27,938 nt of DNA, taken from positions 1 through 27,938 of the IMG/VR virus record IMGVR_UViG_3300021978_000004. One strand, written 5' to 3'. The notes below the pieces were generated by a model, which ran no database searches, had not been told where the DNA came from, and worked only from the letters and a program-made list of their open reading frames with translations. The translations under genes were made by a program, and so were the position numbers. Source of the stretch: a virus. Its lineage: Duplodnaviria; Caudoviricetes. Shown here piece after piece: positions 1-9,274 of the stretch; the first letter of the stretch is position 1; every line of letters begins with the position of its first letter.

Positions 1-1859
1 GTCTCGCCGCTGGCCCCGCCGCCAATAATGGTGTTGACCACCATCTTCGTCCCGTTCGTTCGTAGGCCATAGATGTCGCCCGTCACACCGCCTGGCAGCG
101 ACCACTGGTGCTGCACCCGCCACTGGCGATCGACCCAGCGGATCGTGCGGAGGTCCGCCGCCCCGATCAGCGAATAGCCGGTCAGCGGGTCCACGTCGCA
201 CCAGCGCCCCTGATGCGTGGTGTCGCGCCAGACGGTCGAACCGTCCGGGTTCACGAGGAGCGCGCTGATGCCGCGGTTCTCCGCGATCAGCAGTGAACAA
301 GGCAGTTCGCCATAGACCACCACTGCCTGCCGCCCGGTCGGGCCGGTCGGCGTGTTGCTGGTGTTCGGATTGAACCGGCCCTGTAGCGGATGGGCGGTCA
401 GCGGCGCATCGGCCAGCGCCCGCGGCTGTTGCAGCGCGGCATACTTCTGCAAGTCTGCATCGGTCGCCGCGCTGTTCTGCACCATGATGCGCCGAACCTC
501 GCCTTCGAGGTGCCCGCCATTGAAGTCCTGGCCGAGCATGACGCGATTGAGGCCCGAGGGGCGGGCAAGCAGGGGGCCGCTCGCCGGCCCGCCATCCACC
601 GAAACCCGGATGCTGCCTTCGTGCGCGGCCATCGCGATGCGGCACTGCCGTTCACCCGCCTTGCGCGCCGCGATGGTGAAACTGGACGCGTTGCCGTTGT
701 CGATCAGTTCCAGCACGATGGCGCCGGTCGCATCGCGAAGGACCGTCAGGCGGTTGAGCGAGGTCCCGTCATCGACGCTGGCGACCACCTGCCGCCCGAT
801 CCGGTCGCGGAACTGCGCCTCGGCAACCAGCGTGAAATCGCCGGTGGCGGGCAGCGTGAAGCGCGCCATCTCGGCCTTGCGGTCGAACGCAGCACCATTC
901 GTCGTGACGATCGGGCTGGTCGCATTGCCGGTGCTTTCGATCTGCGCGTGGCTGATGAGGAAGTTGTCGCCCGCTGTCTGCGACAGCCCGACAAAGCCGA
1001 CGAATGCGCGAAGCCCGTCGTTGGCATTGACGCCGCTGGGCGGTGTCAGTTCGATGCGCCACCATCCGTTCGACAGCGGAACGGCTCGCGCGCCCTTCGT
1101 GCCCACGTAGTAGGTGATCTGCCCGGTGTCGTAGTTGAACCCGATGTTGAGCAGCGACTGCGAGGTTGTGGAATTGATGAGCGCAAAGCGGTTGCCGATC
1201 GTCGCGCCGTTGCCCTTCTTGACCAGGAACCACGCCGTATCGCCGTTGCCCGAGGCGGTGCCGGTGCCGTTGATCTGCAAGGTCGTGGTGCCCGTCGAAG
1301 CGGCGGTGACCCTTGTGGACGTGATGCCGTAGGGATCGAGCGGCCCGTCCGCGAAGCTGGCGTTGGTGTTCGGCAGGTTCTCCACGTCGTTTGAATAGCC
1401 GACAGACTGAAACGCCTGTCGTTCGATCAGGAACCCGGCATCGCTGATCCGCATGATGTTGGTGCTGACCTGCGCCCGGTCGCCGTTGACGATGTGCCAG
1501 GCGAGCGAATTGCGCGTGAAGGTGAACCCCGGAACGATCGGCGTGATGTTGTCCGGCTCGCGCAGGTTGGCGTAGCGCTCCAGGCCGTCGCGGTAATACC
1601 GTTCGGTGAAGTCGAGTTCGAACGCCTGCTCTGCGAACAGTTCGGCTTCCACCGGATCGGTGATCCCGTAGATGGCCGCGCGGCCCGTCGCGGTCGTCAG
1701 GTTTTCGACGATCTCTGCCGCTGTTTCGGCACGGTCGGCAGCAGTCTCCGCGCGTTCGCGATCCGATTCCGCGCTCGCCGCGGCATTCATGGCGGCAAGG
1801 GTATTTTCACCGGCTTGCAGGACGGTGCGACCGTCCACGACCTTGATGACAGCAGGCAT
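1..1859 (-). CDS. Tail fibre / receptor-binding (spike-fibre-like) protein, 3' end outside the window, at least 619 aa
   Basis: Absent from the ORF track because no stop lies in the window. ATG at 1859 overlaps the upstream TAA (TAATG). Reads MPAVIKVVDGRTVLQAGEN... with motifs FTFTRNS, GFLIERQ, GWWRIELT and AQIESTGNATSPIVTT, typical of phage fibre proteins, followed by a LamG-like segment. Confidence 0.75.
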   Translation of the reverse strand, partial: MPAVIKVVDGRTVLQAGENTLAAMNAAASAESDRERAETAADRAETAAEIVENLTTATGRAAIYGITDPVEAELFAEQAFELDFTERYYRDGLERYANLREPDNITPIVPGFTFTRNSLAWHIVNGDRAQVSTNIMRISDAGFLIERQAFQSVGYSNDVENLPNTNASFADGPLDPYGITSTRVTAASTGTTTLQINGTGTASGNGDTAWFLVKKGNGATIGNRFALINSTTSQSLLNIGFNYDTGQITYYVGTKGARAVPLSNGWWRIELTPPSGVNANDGLRAFVGFVGLSQTAGDNFLISHAQIESTGNATSPIVTTNGAAFDRKAEMARFTLPATGDFTLVAEAQFRDRIGRQVVASVDDGTSLNRLTVLRDATGAIVLELIDNGNASSFTIAARKAGERQCRIAMAAHEGSIRVSVDGGPASGPLLARPSGLNRVMLGQDFNGGHLEGEVRRIMVQNSAATDADLQKYAALQQPRALADAPLTAHPLQGRFNPNTSNTPTGPTGRQAVVVYGELPCSLLIAENRGISALLVNPDGSTVWRDTTHQGRWCDVDPLTGYSLIGAADLRTIRWVDRQWRVQHQWSLPGGVTGDIYGLRTNGTKMVVNTIIGGGASGE

Positions 1860-2224
1860 TATTCGGTCACTCCCGCTTTGACGACGAAGGAACCGGCGAA
1901 GGGAACGAACTTCGTCCCGCCGGAAGGGGTGAGGTGCAGGTCGTGATAGAGCGTCACGTCCGCGTCGGGATCGCCGCTGTCGAGCGGCATGGCCTCCATG
2001 GTGGGTTCATCGATCGACCACGAAACACGCGATGTCGGGATGCCTTCGGTCACGGTGACCGAAACCACCGGCACGACATCGGCGCGCAGCGTCCCGCCGT
2101 TCTTGTGGTCGCGCACCTGGAGCTTGCAGGTCGCCCCGGTGAAGTCGTAGCCTTCGATGTCCACGTAATCGGCAAACGGCGCAAAGCGGTTCGCCGTCAC
2201 GCTATAGCTGACGGTCGGGAACAT
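1859..2224 (-). CDS. Small virion protein, BppU/adaptor-like beta protein
   Basis: RBS GGAGA; motif YDFTGATCKLQVRD...LYHDLHLT...FAGSFVV, commonly seen just upstream of fibre genes; coupled to the fibre gene. Confidence 0.55.
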   Translation of the reverse strand: MFPTVSYSVTANRFAPFADYVDIEGYDFTGATCKLQVRDHKNGGTLRADVVPVVSVTVTEGIPTSRVSWSIDEPTMEAMPLDSGDPDADVTLYHDLHLTPSGGTKFVPFAGSFVVKAGVTE

Positions 2225-2245
2225 TCTTTTCTCCGATGATTGAAA

Positions 2246-4135
2246 TTAGGGTGCGACTTCCCGCGGGGTGTAATAGCCGCCGTCGCCGCCCCAGCCCCCG
2301 GGGGTCGGCGGGTTTGACGGGTAGCTGCCGCCCGAGCTGGTCGCGCTCCAGCCCAGGAAAATCAGGCTGCTATCGGCCAGCTCAGCTTCGGCAGGTTCCG
2401 GCACGGCAGAGTATGTTCCGGCCTCGGGATCGTAGAGAACTGCATACCTGACGCTGGAAAGCAGCGAGGTGAGGGACCCCGCCGGGAAGGTGATCTCGGT
2501 CCCGTCGTCCAGCACGCCGTCGAAGGTCGCAATATCGATGCTGTCGTCATCGCTGGTGACCGGATAGGCCACGCTGCGCGTCACGATCTTGCGCGCCGAC
2601 TTCGGGCCGGTCAGGGCCGCATCCGAAACCTCGTCGCGCTCCTCCGCTGTCTGCCCGATGGCCGGTGTAGGCGGCGAAACACCCGTCTGCCCGAGGCAGT
2701 ATGCGTGCTTGCCCGGCGTCTCTCCGATAAGCTCCAGCGTGACCTTCATCGTCACCGGGTCGATCTGGCGGCGCAGAACGATTGCGTCGGTATCCAGCCC
2801 CAGTTCGGGCAGGTCGAGGTGCAGGCATTCGCCGGGGCGATAGTGGCGCAGGCGCGGCTTGCACGGCAGGGTGATTGGCGCGAGTTCGCGACTATCCCAG
2901 ATCCGATAGGCCGCGAGCTGCGCGGCCTGGTCGACCTCCTTCACGAAATTGAACGGCCACGTCTCGCGCTTTTCCTCGCCATCCTCGGCCAGGAATGTCG
3001 CGTTCACGACCGGCTCGGCGTCGATCATCTCCCAGTTGTGGTTTGGACTGCGAAACTTCGGGACCGCAGTATTGATGCGGTTGCGGAACGACTGCATCGC
3101 CGTGACGCTGGCAACGTCCTCGGTCAGGTCGTCCTCGGTAATCGTATCGAGCGCCACCACCGGGGCCGAATAGCGGAACGACAGTTTGCCGCCCGGAACC
3201 GGCTCCGCGCCACCGGCTAGGCAAATGTCCTTCAGGTTGCCCCAACGGCGTTCCGAATCCTGGTTGCCCGCGCCCTCATAGACGACACCGAACATCGTCC
3301 AGCCATTGGCTTCGCAAACGTTCGCCCACGCCGAAACTACGGCCCAGTCGATCCCGTCGGCAGGCAGGCCCATGCCCATCGTGCGTTTGCCATTCTGATA
3401 ACGGCCGTAAGCGTAGGTGCCCGCGTGGAGGGCGGGGTTCTCGCTCCACTCGTATGTGCTTTCGTCGCCCAGCCTGTGCGATCCGACGCCGCCGGGCTGC
3501 GTATCGTCCTTTCGCGGGTCATAGACCTTTACCCATTGGCCGTAGGCCCCCAGCAACGGGATGCCGGATGCGAACCGCTTGCCTTTCTTGTCGAATTTGA
3601 ACGACCACCCGATGGCCGCCTGACCGGACAGCTTGTAAGCCGTGCCCCAGCCCGGCGCGCCCGACCATTGCGGAGACAGTGCACCCGCCTCGGGGCAGGC
3701 CCCCAGCTGCGTGTCGGTATAGAGGAACCCGTTATACCAGCTGCCGACGGTGGCGTAATCAACACGCGGCGAAATGCTCTCGACCGGGCCACCACCCGAA
3801 TAGACCACCGCCATGAAGCGATAGGGGTTCGGCACCTTGTCGAGCGTCGGGCCATAGGCGGTGTCGTGCCGCAGAACGCCCGCGAAATAGCCCTCGCCCA
3901 TGACGTAGGGCTGAGGCGCGTCGGCAGCGATGGCAATTTGCGAGACAGACCCGCGCACCGGCGGCGGCTTGGCGAGGGCTTGGGAACTGAAATTTGCGAC
4001 GGCAGCGGCGGCGCTAGCGATCCCCGAGACTGTTGCGGCAGTAGTCGCCGCGACGACCCCCACCGCCCCAAGACCGGTAGCGATAAGCGCAGCGGCACCA
4101 GCGATCGTTCCGATCGTTTTCAAAGCTTTTGCCAT
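2246..4135 (-). CDS. Tail tip / baseplate protein (host-specificity J or Phage-tail_3-like)
   Basis: 629 aa; hydrophobic Ala-rich N-terminus; KVYDPR and WSENPAL motifs; downstream of the tape measure, Dit-like, hub and NlpC-like genes. Confidence 0.8.
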   Translation of the reverse strand: MAKALKTIGTIAGAAALIATGLGAVGVVAATTAATVSGIASAAAAVANFSSQALAKPPPVRGSVSQIAIAADAPQPYVMGEGYFAGVLRHDTAYGPTLDKVPNPYRFMAVVYSGGGPVESISPRVDYATVGSWYNGFLYTDTQLGACPEAGALSPQWSGAPGWGTAYKLSGQAAIGWSFKFDKKGKRFASGIPLLGAYGQWVKVYDPRKDDTQPGGVGSHRLGDESTYEWSENPALHAGTYAYGRYQNGKRTMGMGLPADGIDWAVVSAWANVCEANGWTMFGVVYEGAGNQDSERRWGNLKDICLAGGAEPVPGGKLSFRYSAPVVALDTITEDDLTEDVASVTAMQSFRNRINTAVPKFRSPNHNWEMIDAEPVVNATFLAEDGEEKRETWPFNFVKEVDQAAQLAAYRIWDSRELAPITLPCKPRLRHYRPGECLHLDLPELGLDTDAIVLRRQIDPVTMKVTLELIGETPGKHAYCLGQTGVSPPTPAIGQTAEERDEVSDAALTGPKSARKIVTRSVAYPVTSDDDSIDIATFDGVLDDGTEITFPAGSLTSLLSSVRYAVLYDPEAGTYSAVPEPAEAELADSSLIFLGWSATSSGGSYPSNPPTPGGWGGDGGYYTPREVAP

Positions 4136-4157
4136 TTATCGCTTCTCGCGCTAACTA
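4129..4157 (+). promoter_or_regulatory. Putative sigma70-type promoter of the antisense two-gene moron
   Basis: TTGCCA-N17-TAACTA just upstream of the lipoprotein gene; overlaps the tail-tip start codon on the other strand. Confidence 0.4.
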
Positions 4158-4178
4158 TCGCCCATGAGAGGCGCTTGG

Positions 4179-4490
4179 ATGAGGTTGCTAATCGTTCTGT
4201 CGGCAGCAGCGTTGACCGCCTGCGCCTCTACGCAGGACATCTACGAAAGCTCAGTCGATGAATCGGTGTTCATTGATCGCCCCCCGGCAGAGGTAAGCCA
4301 ATGCCTTCAGATGCGGCTTTCGTCGGCCCCGATCACGACCCCCGACGGTCGTCAGACCTTCCTGATTAAAAACCAATACGGTTCGACATTGGCGATGATG
4401 TCTCTCGCCCCTCAGGATGGCGGCACTCGGATTGAAATTCGGCGGGCGCAAAGTGCCGTTCATACTGGCCAGTGGCGCAAGTGCCGCTGA
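4179..4490 (+). CDS. Small lipoprotein (moron; Cor-like exclusion candidate)
   Basis: Signal peptide with lipobox MRLLIVLSAAALTA-C. ATG at 4179 gives a cleaner signal peptide than 4164. Antisense to the tail operon. Confidence 0.7.
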   Translation: MRLLIVLSAAALTACASTQDIYESSVDESVFIDRPPAEVSQCLQMRLSSAPITTPDGRQTFLIKNQYGSTLAMMSLAPQDGGTRIEIRRAQSAVHTGQWRKCR

Positions 4491-4931
4491 ATGGGTTGGC
4501 TATCCAAGCTTTTGGGCTTCGATAAACCGGAGAGGCGCTCCGACCTAAAGACCGGATTCTTTTGGCGGGCTTCAGACTGCCCCGCGCTGGCCGCTGGGCG
4601 TGGTTTTAACCAACAAGTGGTCGGTGAATCTTTCTACCGAGACAACCTCGCAAAACTGGCCGGCGGCGATACGATCCATGGTGTTCGCATCCACACCACC
4701 GCGATCCTTTCGGCAGCAAAGTGGAAGGACGCCCCCGCCCTGCATGTGCATATCGGCAATTTGCGCGTGGGCAGCATTCCGCTGACCGACACCCCTGACC
4801 TTCACTCAGAGCTGCTGGCGATTTGCCCCAATGGCCGGGTGTCAACGAAAGCCCGCATCAGTCACGGATTCGAAGGGGGTGATTACTCCGTTTCCCTAAG
4901 CCTTGCCCGTCCGCTGCGGCTTCGCACCTAG
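4491..4931 (+). CDS. HIRAN-like domain protein (moron)
   Basis: Starts immediately after the lipoprotein stop; VVGESFYRDNL...ALHVHIGNLRVGSIP resembles the HIRAN pattern, although the usual N-x-x-D-x-x-A segment is divergent. Confidence 0.55.
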   Translation: MGWLSKLLGFDKPERRSDLKTGFFWRASDCPALAAGRGFNQQVVGESFYRDNLAKLAGGDTIHGVRIHTTAILSAAKWKDAPALHVHIGNLRVGSIPLTDTPDLHSELLAICPNGRVSTKARISHGFEGGDYSVSLSLARPLRLRT

Positions 4932-5344
4932 GCTCGCCACGCCCCCGCCAACTCACTCAGTTCAACATCAAGAATAACAAGGCCTTCGGCGTCCTCGCGC
5001 CAACCGAACACCTTGTGGTGGCCGGCGCAAACGACCACCGCGTCCATCCCGCTTTCACCGGGCACCGATGCCAAGTCCCCCAGCATCATCTGCGCCGGGG
5101 CGATGCGCGGCAGCATCGAATCCAGCATCTGCTCGACGCTTTCCCACCCGCGCGCCTTCAAGGCTCGCTTGGCCGCCAGCGCGCTGCGGATGCGCGGCAG
5201 CGTCTCCGGCCTGTGCCCCATCGCCCGCAGGTGATACCGGGCCAGGTGAACGCAGGTAATCCCCCGCGACCAGTCGAACACCTTGTTGCGATAGCGCTTC
5301 AGGGTCTTTTCAGTGGCGACCCTGCGCCGCTCCAGTTCGATCAT
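4928..5344 (-). CDS. DUF6950 / NlpC-P60-like tail-associated protein
   Basis: ATG at 5344 overlaps the upstream TGA (ATGA); motifs FDWSRGITCVHLA and AQMMLGDL; position between hub and tail-tip genes. Confidence 0.7.
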   Translation of the reverse strand: MIELERRRVATEKTLKRYRNKVFDWSRGITCVHLARYHLRAMGHRPETLPRIRSALAAKRALKARGWESVEQMLDSMLPRIAPAQMMLGDLASVPGESGMDAVVVCAGHHKVFGWREDAEGLVILDVELSELAGAWRA

Positions 5345-5928
5345 CGGTAAACGCTCCACGGCGTGACACCGCCGCCGCCCCCGAAGCCGCCACTACGCGG
5401 GGCCTCGGTTCCCCATGCAATCGGCACCCCAAGCCCGGTGGCGTTGTCGTGGCCGCGCTCCCCGGGCCAGACCGACTTGTGAAAGGTCGAATTGAGCGAA
5501 TTGCCGATATTGCCTTCGAACAGCCGCTCGGCCAGCGAGACGACCGAAACCGTCAGTTCCTTCGCCCCCTTGCCCACCTTCAGTTCGGACTGGTCGATCT
5601 GTCCGTCGAACTGGACATCGGACGAGGTAACCACACCAGTGGCAACGTCGTATTCCGCGACCCAGAACCGCACGCGCGCTGTCTGATGCCCCGGCTTCGC
5701 GATCTCCGCCGCCGAACTGGTGTCGGGCGGCAGCAGGGTCATCGTCAAGGCCGGAACGCTATCGCCAACACCTTCGGACAGCGACTGCACCGCGCCCACC
5801 GTGCCGAAGACCGGATCTTTCGCGCGAAACGTCCCGCCGTTGAACTCGAAGAACCCGCCGTCGCAATAGCGCAGCGTTGCCTCGGGCAGGTCGATCTGAA
5901 GCAGACCAGTCAGGGATACCGTCGTCAT
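5341..5928 (-). CDS. Baseplate hub-like minor tail protein (DUF2163/gpL-like)
   Basis: Likely start MTTVSLTG at 5928 (ATGA overlap); LRYCDGG, QFDGQID and C-terminal HKSVWPGERG...IAWG motifs; second gene after the tape measure. Confidence 0.65.
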   Translation of the reverse strand: MTTVSLTGLLQIDLPEATLRYCDGGFFEFNGGTFRAKDPVFGTVGAVQSLSEGVGDSVPALTMTLLPPDTSSAAEIAKPGHQTARVRFWVAEYDVATGVVTSSDVQFDGQIDQSELKVGKGAKELTVSVVSLAERLFEGNIGNSLNSTFHKSVWPGERGHDNATGLGVPIAWGTEAPRSGGFGGGGGVTPWSVYR

Positions 5929-6506
5929 TGATATTCCTCGACCGTAAAGGCCACCGCGATCAGGTGGTGAACCGGCACTTGCCAGCCCCAGTCCTCGCCC
6001 ACCACGAAGCCTTCGATCCACGGGGCGGCCAGTTCGACCGTATCCCCGTCGCCAAAGGGCGCGCGCAGGGCGGGCTCAATCTCAACCTCAGCGTTGCCGC
6101 TCGCGTCTGCCACCGCGGTCTGAAACACCGTGTGCAGGTAGCTCGTGCCATCGCTTTCCACGATGTTGAGCCAGAACCCTTCCTTCGCGATGTAGTGCGG
6201 GGTCAGGCCGCGCAGCGCGATCGTGGTGCCCGACTGCCCCGCACCATCCACCACCGGCAAACCGGGAAGGCCCTGCGGAACGATCAGGGGCAGTTTGATC
6301 TTCACCCCCTCCCGCTTGCCCCGCTGCAACCGCGCAACGACCCGGCGCGATGCGTCAGGCTGCATCGGCGGGTAACTGAAGGCCACGCGATAGCGCGAAC
6401 CCGGGCGATTGATGCGAAGCGCAGCAGATCCCCGCTGGACAGAGCCATAGTCCAGCAGGGTCGGCTCCATCCCGTTGGGAATGGCGGTTTCGGGTAGCTC
6501 GATCAT
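5925..6506 (-). CDS. Distal tail (Dit-like) protein
   Basis: Directly follows the tape measure with an ATGA overlap; RINRPGSRY and IEPALR motifs. Confidence 0.6.
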   Translation of the reverse strand: MIELPETAIPNGMEPTLLDYGSVQRGSAALRINRPGSRYRVAFSYPPMQPDASRRVVARLQRGKREGVKIKLPLIVPQGLPGLPVVDGAGQSGTTIALRGLTPHYIAKEGFWLNIVESDGTSYLHTVFQTAVADASGNAEVEIEPALRAPFGDGDTVELAAPWIEGFVVGEDWGWQVPVHHLIAVAFTVEEYQ

Positions 6507-8662
6507 CCGCCGATCCTGCGCGATTGTGCGAACGACGCCTCAGACCCGGCCAGCTGCGCGCCGCCCTGCATCATTGCGGGGGCCGCCTGCACCAGTTTGC
6601 CGTCCACATAGACATCGAACAGCGGCGACGGCCGGATTTCCATGATGCCGCCCCCCATCGCCATCGACTCGCGGTTGCTCCAAACCCGCTCGCCACCGCG
6701 GAAGTTGACCAGCTCCGGTCCACGTTCGCCAACCCATGCCAGCCCGGGTGCAGCAGAGCGCGTGCCGGTCGCATAGCCCGGAACAGACGAATTGATGTTG
6801 TCCGCGATCTTCTGGCCGAACACGCCGATGCTGCCGAGCTGCATCCCCAACCCGAAAATACCTTCGAGAATGTCGAGAAACCCGCCGCCCCTGATCGCGT
6901 CGGTCATGCGGCGCAGGGCAGAAATCGTGTCGGTCGCCATGTCCTTGAAGGACTTGGCCACGCGGACGGTGGCCTCGCCGGAACGCTTCGCCCACTTGTC
7001 CATGGTGCGGCTGAAGTCCTCCAGGCTCTTGTCTATGCCGCCGTCCAGCGGGCCACCCCTGGTCTTGATATCGACGGGCGCAGAGTGGTCGATGCCGACA
7101 GATTCCAGCGCGAGGCGGCGGCGGGCCTCAGCCTTGGCGCTTGCCCCCAACCCTGAACCTTCGAGCAGCGCCAGGTCGTTCCGATAGCGGTTAGCTACCC
7201 CGATCTCGGGAAACAGCCGATCGAGCAATTGGCGCACCTCGGTGGCCATATCCCGCATGATCTCAGACGTTTTTCGGGCGGCCTTGGCGGCAGGGTCCAC
7301 CATGACCTTGTCGAGCCGAGCCATCTCCGCTGCGATGCCGTCCACCATGTCGGGAACCCAGCTATTGCCGACCACCTTATCCCAGAGCCAATGAAAGGCC
7401 CCCTCGACCATCTCGACCTTTTTCCGCACCGTGTCGAAGACAGCGCCCAACTTGTCCTGAAGCCACGTCTTGACGCCGCGGTAGAGGTCTGCGACCGCCT
7501 TGATCGCCATGACCGGCAGCGTCGTATAGAGCTTGAAATAGGCGATGACCGCGCGCTTTGTGAAATCCCAGACCGCACCCATCTTGTCCAAAATCCAGGC
7601 TTTCACCGCGTTATAGACGCGCCGGACGATGGCCTCGATTTCGTCCCAATACATCCACGCGAGGACGATGCCCGTAATCACGGCTGCCGCGCCCAAAATA
7701 ATGGGGTGGGCGAACAGGAAGGTCAGTGCCTTCGTCAGCAGGGGAATGGCGCTAGTTAGCTGGCCCACGACCATGAGCAGGGGGCCGAGCGCAGCCACTA
7801 TGCCGCCCACCACCACGACGCCTTCCTGCACAGGGTCGGGCAGCTTTGCGAACCAATCGATCAGGCTGGCGAGACGGTCGATCAGCGGGGTAATTGCGGG
7901 CAGCAACTTTGTCCCGACGACGACCTGCAACTCCTCGAACGCGGCCTTGGCCTTCCGCATCTGATTGGCCGTGCCGTCACTCGTGCGCGCCACATCGCCC
8001 TGCGCGTTCGTCGTGCTTTCCAGTATCAGCTGATACCGGGCCATGATCTTTTCTTGTTCGGTCAGCTCGCCGGACAGTCCACCGAGGCCCATCTCCAGGC
8101 CTTTGGCTTTGACTGTCGCCTCACTGAGGAACACACCGAAATCGCGCAGCGGCTCGCTCTCGCCCGAGAGGCCGGAGCGGAGCTTTTGCAGCGCGTCGGA
8201 TTCGGAAACGTTGTAGAAACTGGCCAGGTCTTGCGCGAGAACCGCGAAGGTCTTTGACATCTCCGCCGCTTCCTTGCGGGTCGGGGCGGCCTGGTTGAAG
8301 AAGATACCGAAGGTGTTGGCCATCTCCTGCATCGATTGCGTGGAACGGCCCATCGCATCGCCGGTGGCCTGCGCCCATTCGGTCATGTCGTCGGCCATGT
8401 CGCCGAACGTTTCATTGAACGCGCTTTGCAACTCCGCCGCATCGCTAGCCGCGTTGAACGCCGAAACTCCGAACGCCGCGAGCGGGGCGGTCAGCCCAAG
8501 TGACATCTTCTGGCCGATGCTGCCGATCTTGTCGCCCAGCTTCGCGAACTTGCGCTGCGTTTGCGCCATCCGCTTTTCGGCAAGGGTCGCGCCCTTCTCA
8601 AATGCAGCCGTTTCGAGCGCCAGGCTGACAGCGAGACGGGCGATGACATCACCTAGGGCCAT
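6503..8662 (-). CDS. Tail tape measure protein
   Basis: 719 aa, Ala-rich and helical with periodic W/F residues, a hydrophobic middle segment and C-terminal GYATGT...VGERGPEL motif; follows the chaperone genes. Confidence 0.93.
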   Translation of the reverse strand: MALGDVIARLAVSLALETAAFEKGATLAEKRMAQTQRKFAKLGDKIGSIGQKMSLGLTAPLAAFGVSAFNAASDAAELQSAFNETFGDMADDMTEWAQATGDAMGRSTQSMQEMANTFGIFFNQAAPTRKEAAEMSKTFAVLAQDLASFYNVSESDALQKLRSGLSGESEPLRDFGVFLSEATVKAKGLEMGLGGLSGELTEQEKIMARYQLILESTTNAQGDVARTSDGTANQMRKAKAAFEELQVVVGTKLLPAITPLIDRLASLIDWFAKLPDPVQEGVVVVGGIVAALGPLLMVVGQLTSAIPLLTKALTFLFAHPIILGAAAVITGIVLAWMYWDEIEAIVRRVYNAVKAWILDKMGAVWDFTKRAVIAYFKLYTTLPVMAIKAVADLYRGVKTWLQDKLGAVFDTVRKKVEMVEGAFHWLWDKVVGNSWVPDMVDGIAAEMARLDKVMVDPAAKAARKTSEIMRDMATEVRQLLDRLFPEIGVANRYRNDLALLEGSGLGASAKAEARRRLALESVGIDHSAPVDIKTRGGPLDGGIDKSLEDFSRTMDKWAKRSGEATVRVAKSFKDMATDTISALRRMTDAIRGGGFLDILEGIFGLGMQLGSIGVFGQKIADNINSSVPGYATGTRSAAPGLAWVGERGPELVNFRGGERVWSNRESMAMGGGIMEIRPSPLFDVYVDGKLVQAAPAMMQGGAQLAGSEASFAQSRRIGG

Positions 8663-8965
8663 GCTTTGCTCCCTGTTTCTCTGCCATGCGGGCGATCATG
8701 CTGCGAAGATCCGCCGCCTTGGCCTCGGGCGATTTCTCGACCGGGGGCTTCAGGTATTCGGCCAGCTGTTTCATGTTCTTCGTTCGGGCGAACGATTCCG
8801 CGTGCCAGCCCGTCGAAAGGGCCTGGTCAGCATTGCCCTTCAGCCGCGCCCCAACGATCAGCGCGAACGTGCGTGGCGTCGTGCGCCAGAATGCGTCAGG
8901 GTCTAGGCCCGCTTCGCACCACTGCGCCCAGAGGTCTTCCCACGACGCCTGGGCGCCGGAGCGTT
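8649..8965 (-). CDS. Tail assembly chaperone T segment (made as G-T fusion by -1 frameshift)
   Basis: The -1 frame after GGGAAAC reads RSGAQASWEDLWAQWCEAGLDPDAFWRTTPRTF...KHGPR* (stop 8649-8651), with the gpT-type GL-x-P-x-x-FW-x-x-TP motif and no independent start. Missing from the ORF track. Confidence 0.8.
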
Positions 8966-9274
8966 TCCCGCCTTCCCCTCGGGGAAGGCTACTTCACCGG
9001 CCTTGCTCAGGGCTTCGGCAACCGCGTCGGCATCCGTCCTCAGCATGTCCAAGGCCTCGGCCCGGCCGATGTCGTGGTGCTGCGAAAGCGCGCCCTGGAG
9101 CAGCGCAGCGGTTGCCCCCATGAACCCTTCGCCCGCGTCCTGCATGAGCTTGGGCAGCGGCTTGCCATAGCGGGTTTCGGCCTCGACCAGCGCTTCCATG
9201 TCGAGGACAACGGTAAACTCCCGCCCGTCGCTGAGGACGAGCGAGACTTCACCCTTCACAGGATTGCCGGCCAT
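8903..9274 (-). CDS. Tail assembly chaperone G
   Basis: 123 aa between tail tube and tape measure; MAGNPVKGEV N-terminus; TAATG coupling to the tube gene; slippery heptamer near its 3' end. Confidence 0.85.
   Translation of the reverse strand: MAGNPVKGEVSLVLSDGREFTVVLDMEALVEAETRYGKPLPKLMQDAGEGFMGATAALLQGALSQHHDIGRAEALDMLRTDADAVAEALSKAGEVAFPEGKAGNAPAPRRRGKTSGRSGAKRA
8963..8969 (-). promoter_or_regulatory. -1 programmed ribosomal frameshift heptamer G GGA AAC
   Basis: In-frame X XXY YYZ pattern (GCG GGA AAC) at the conserved G/T position. Confidence 0.8.

Noticed and set aside
108-1946. Long plus-strand ORFs (352-1110, 390-1394, 1494-1946)
   Set aside because: Antisense shadows of the minus-strand fibre gene in high-GC DNA; no RBS or recognisable motifs. 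The same applies to most plus-strand ORFs over the structural operon.
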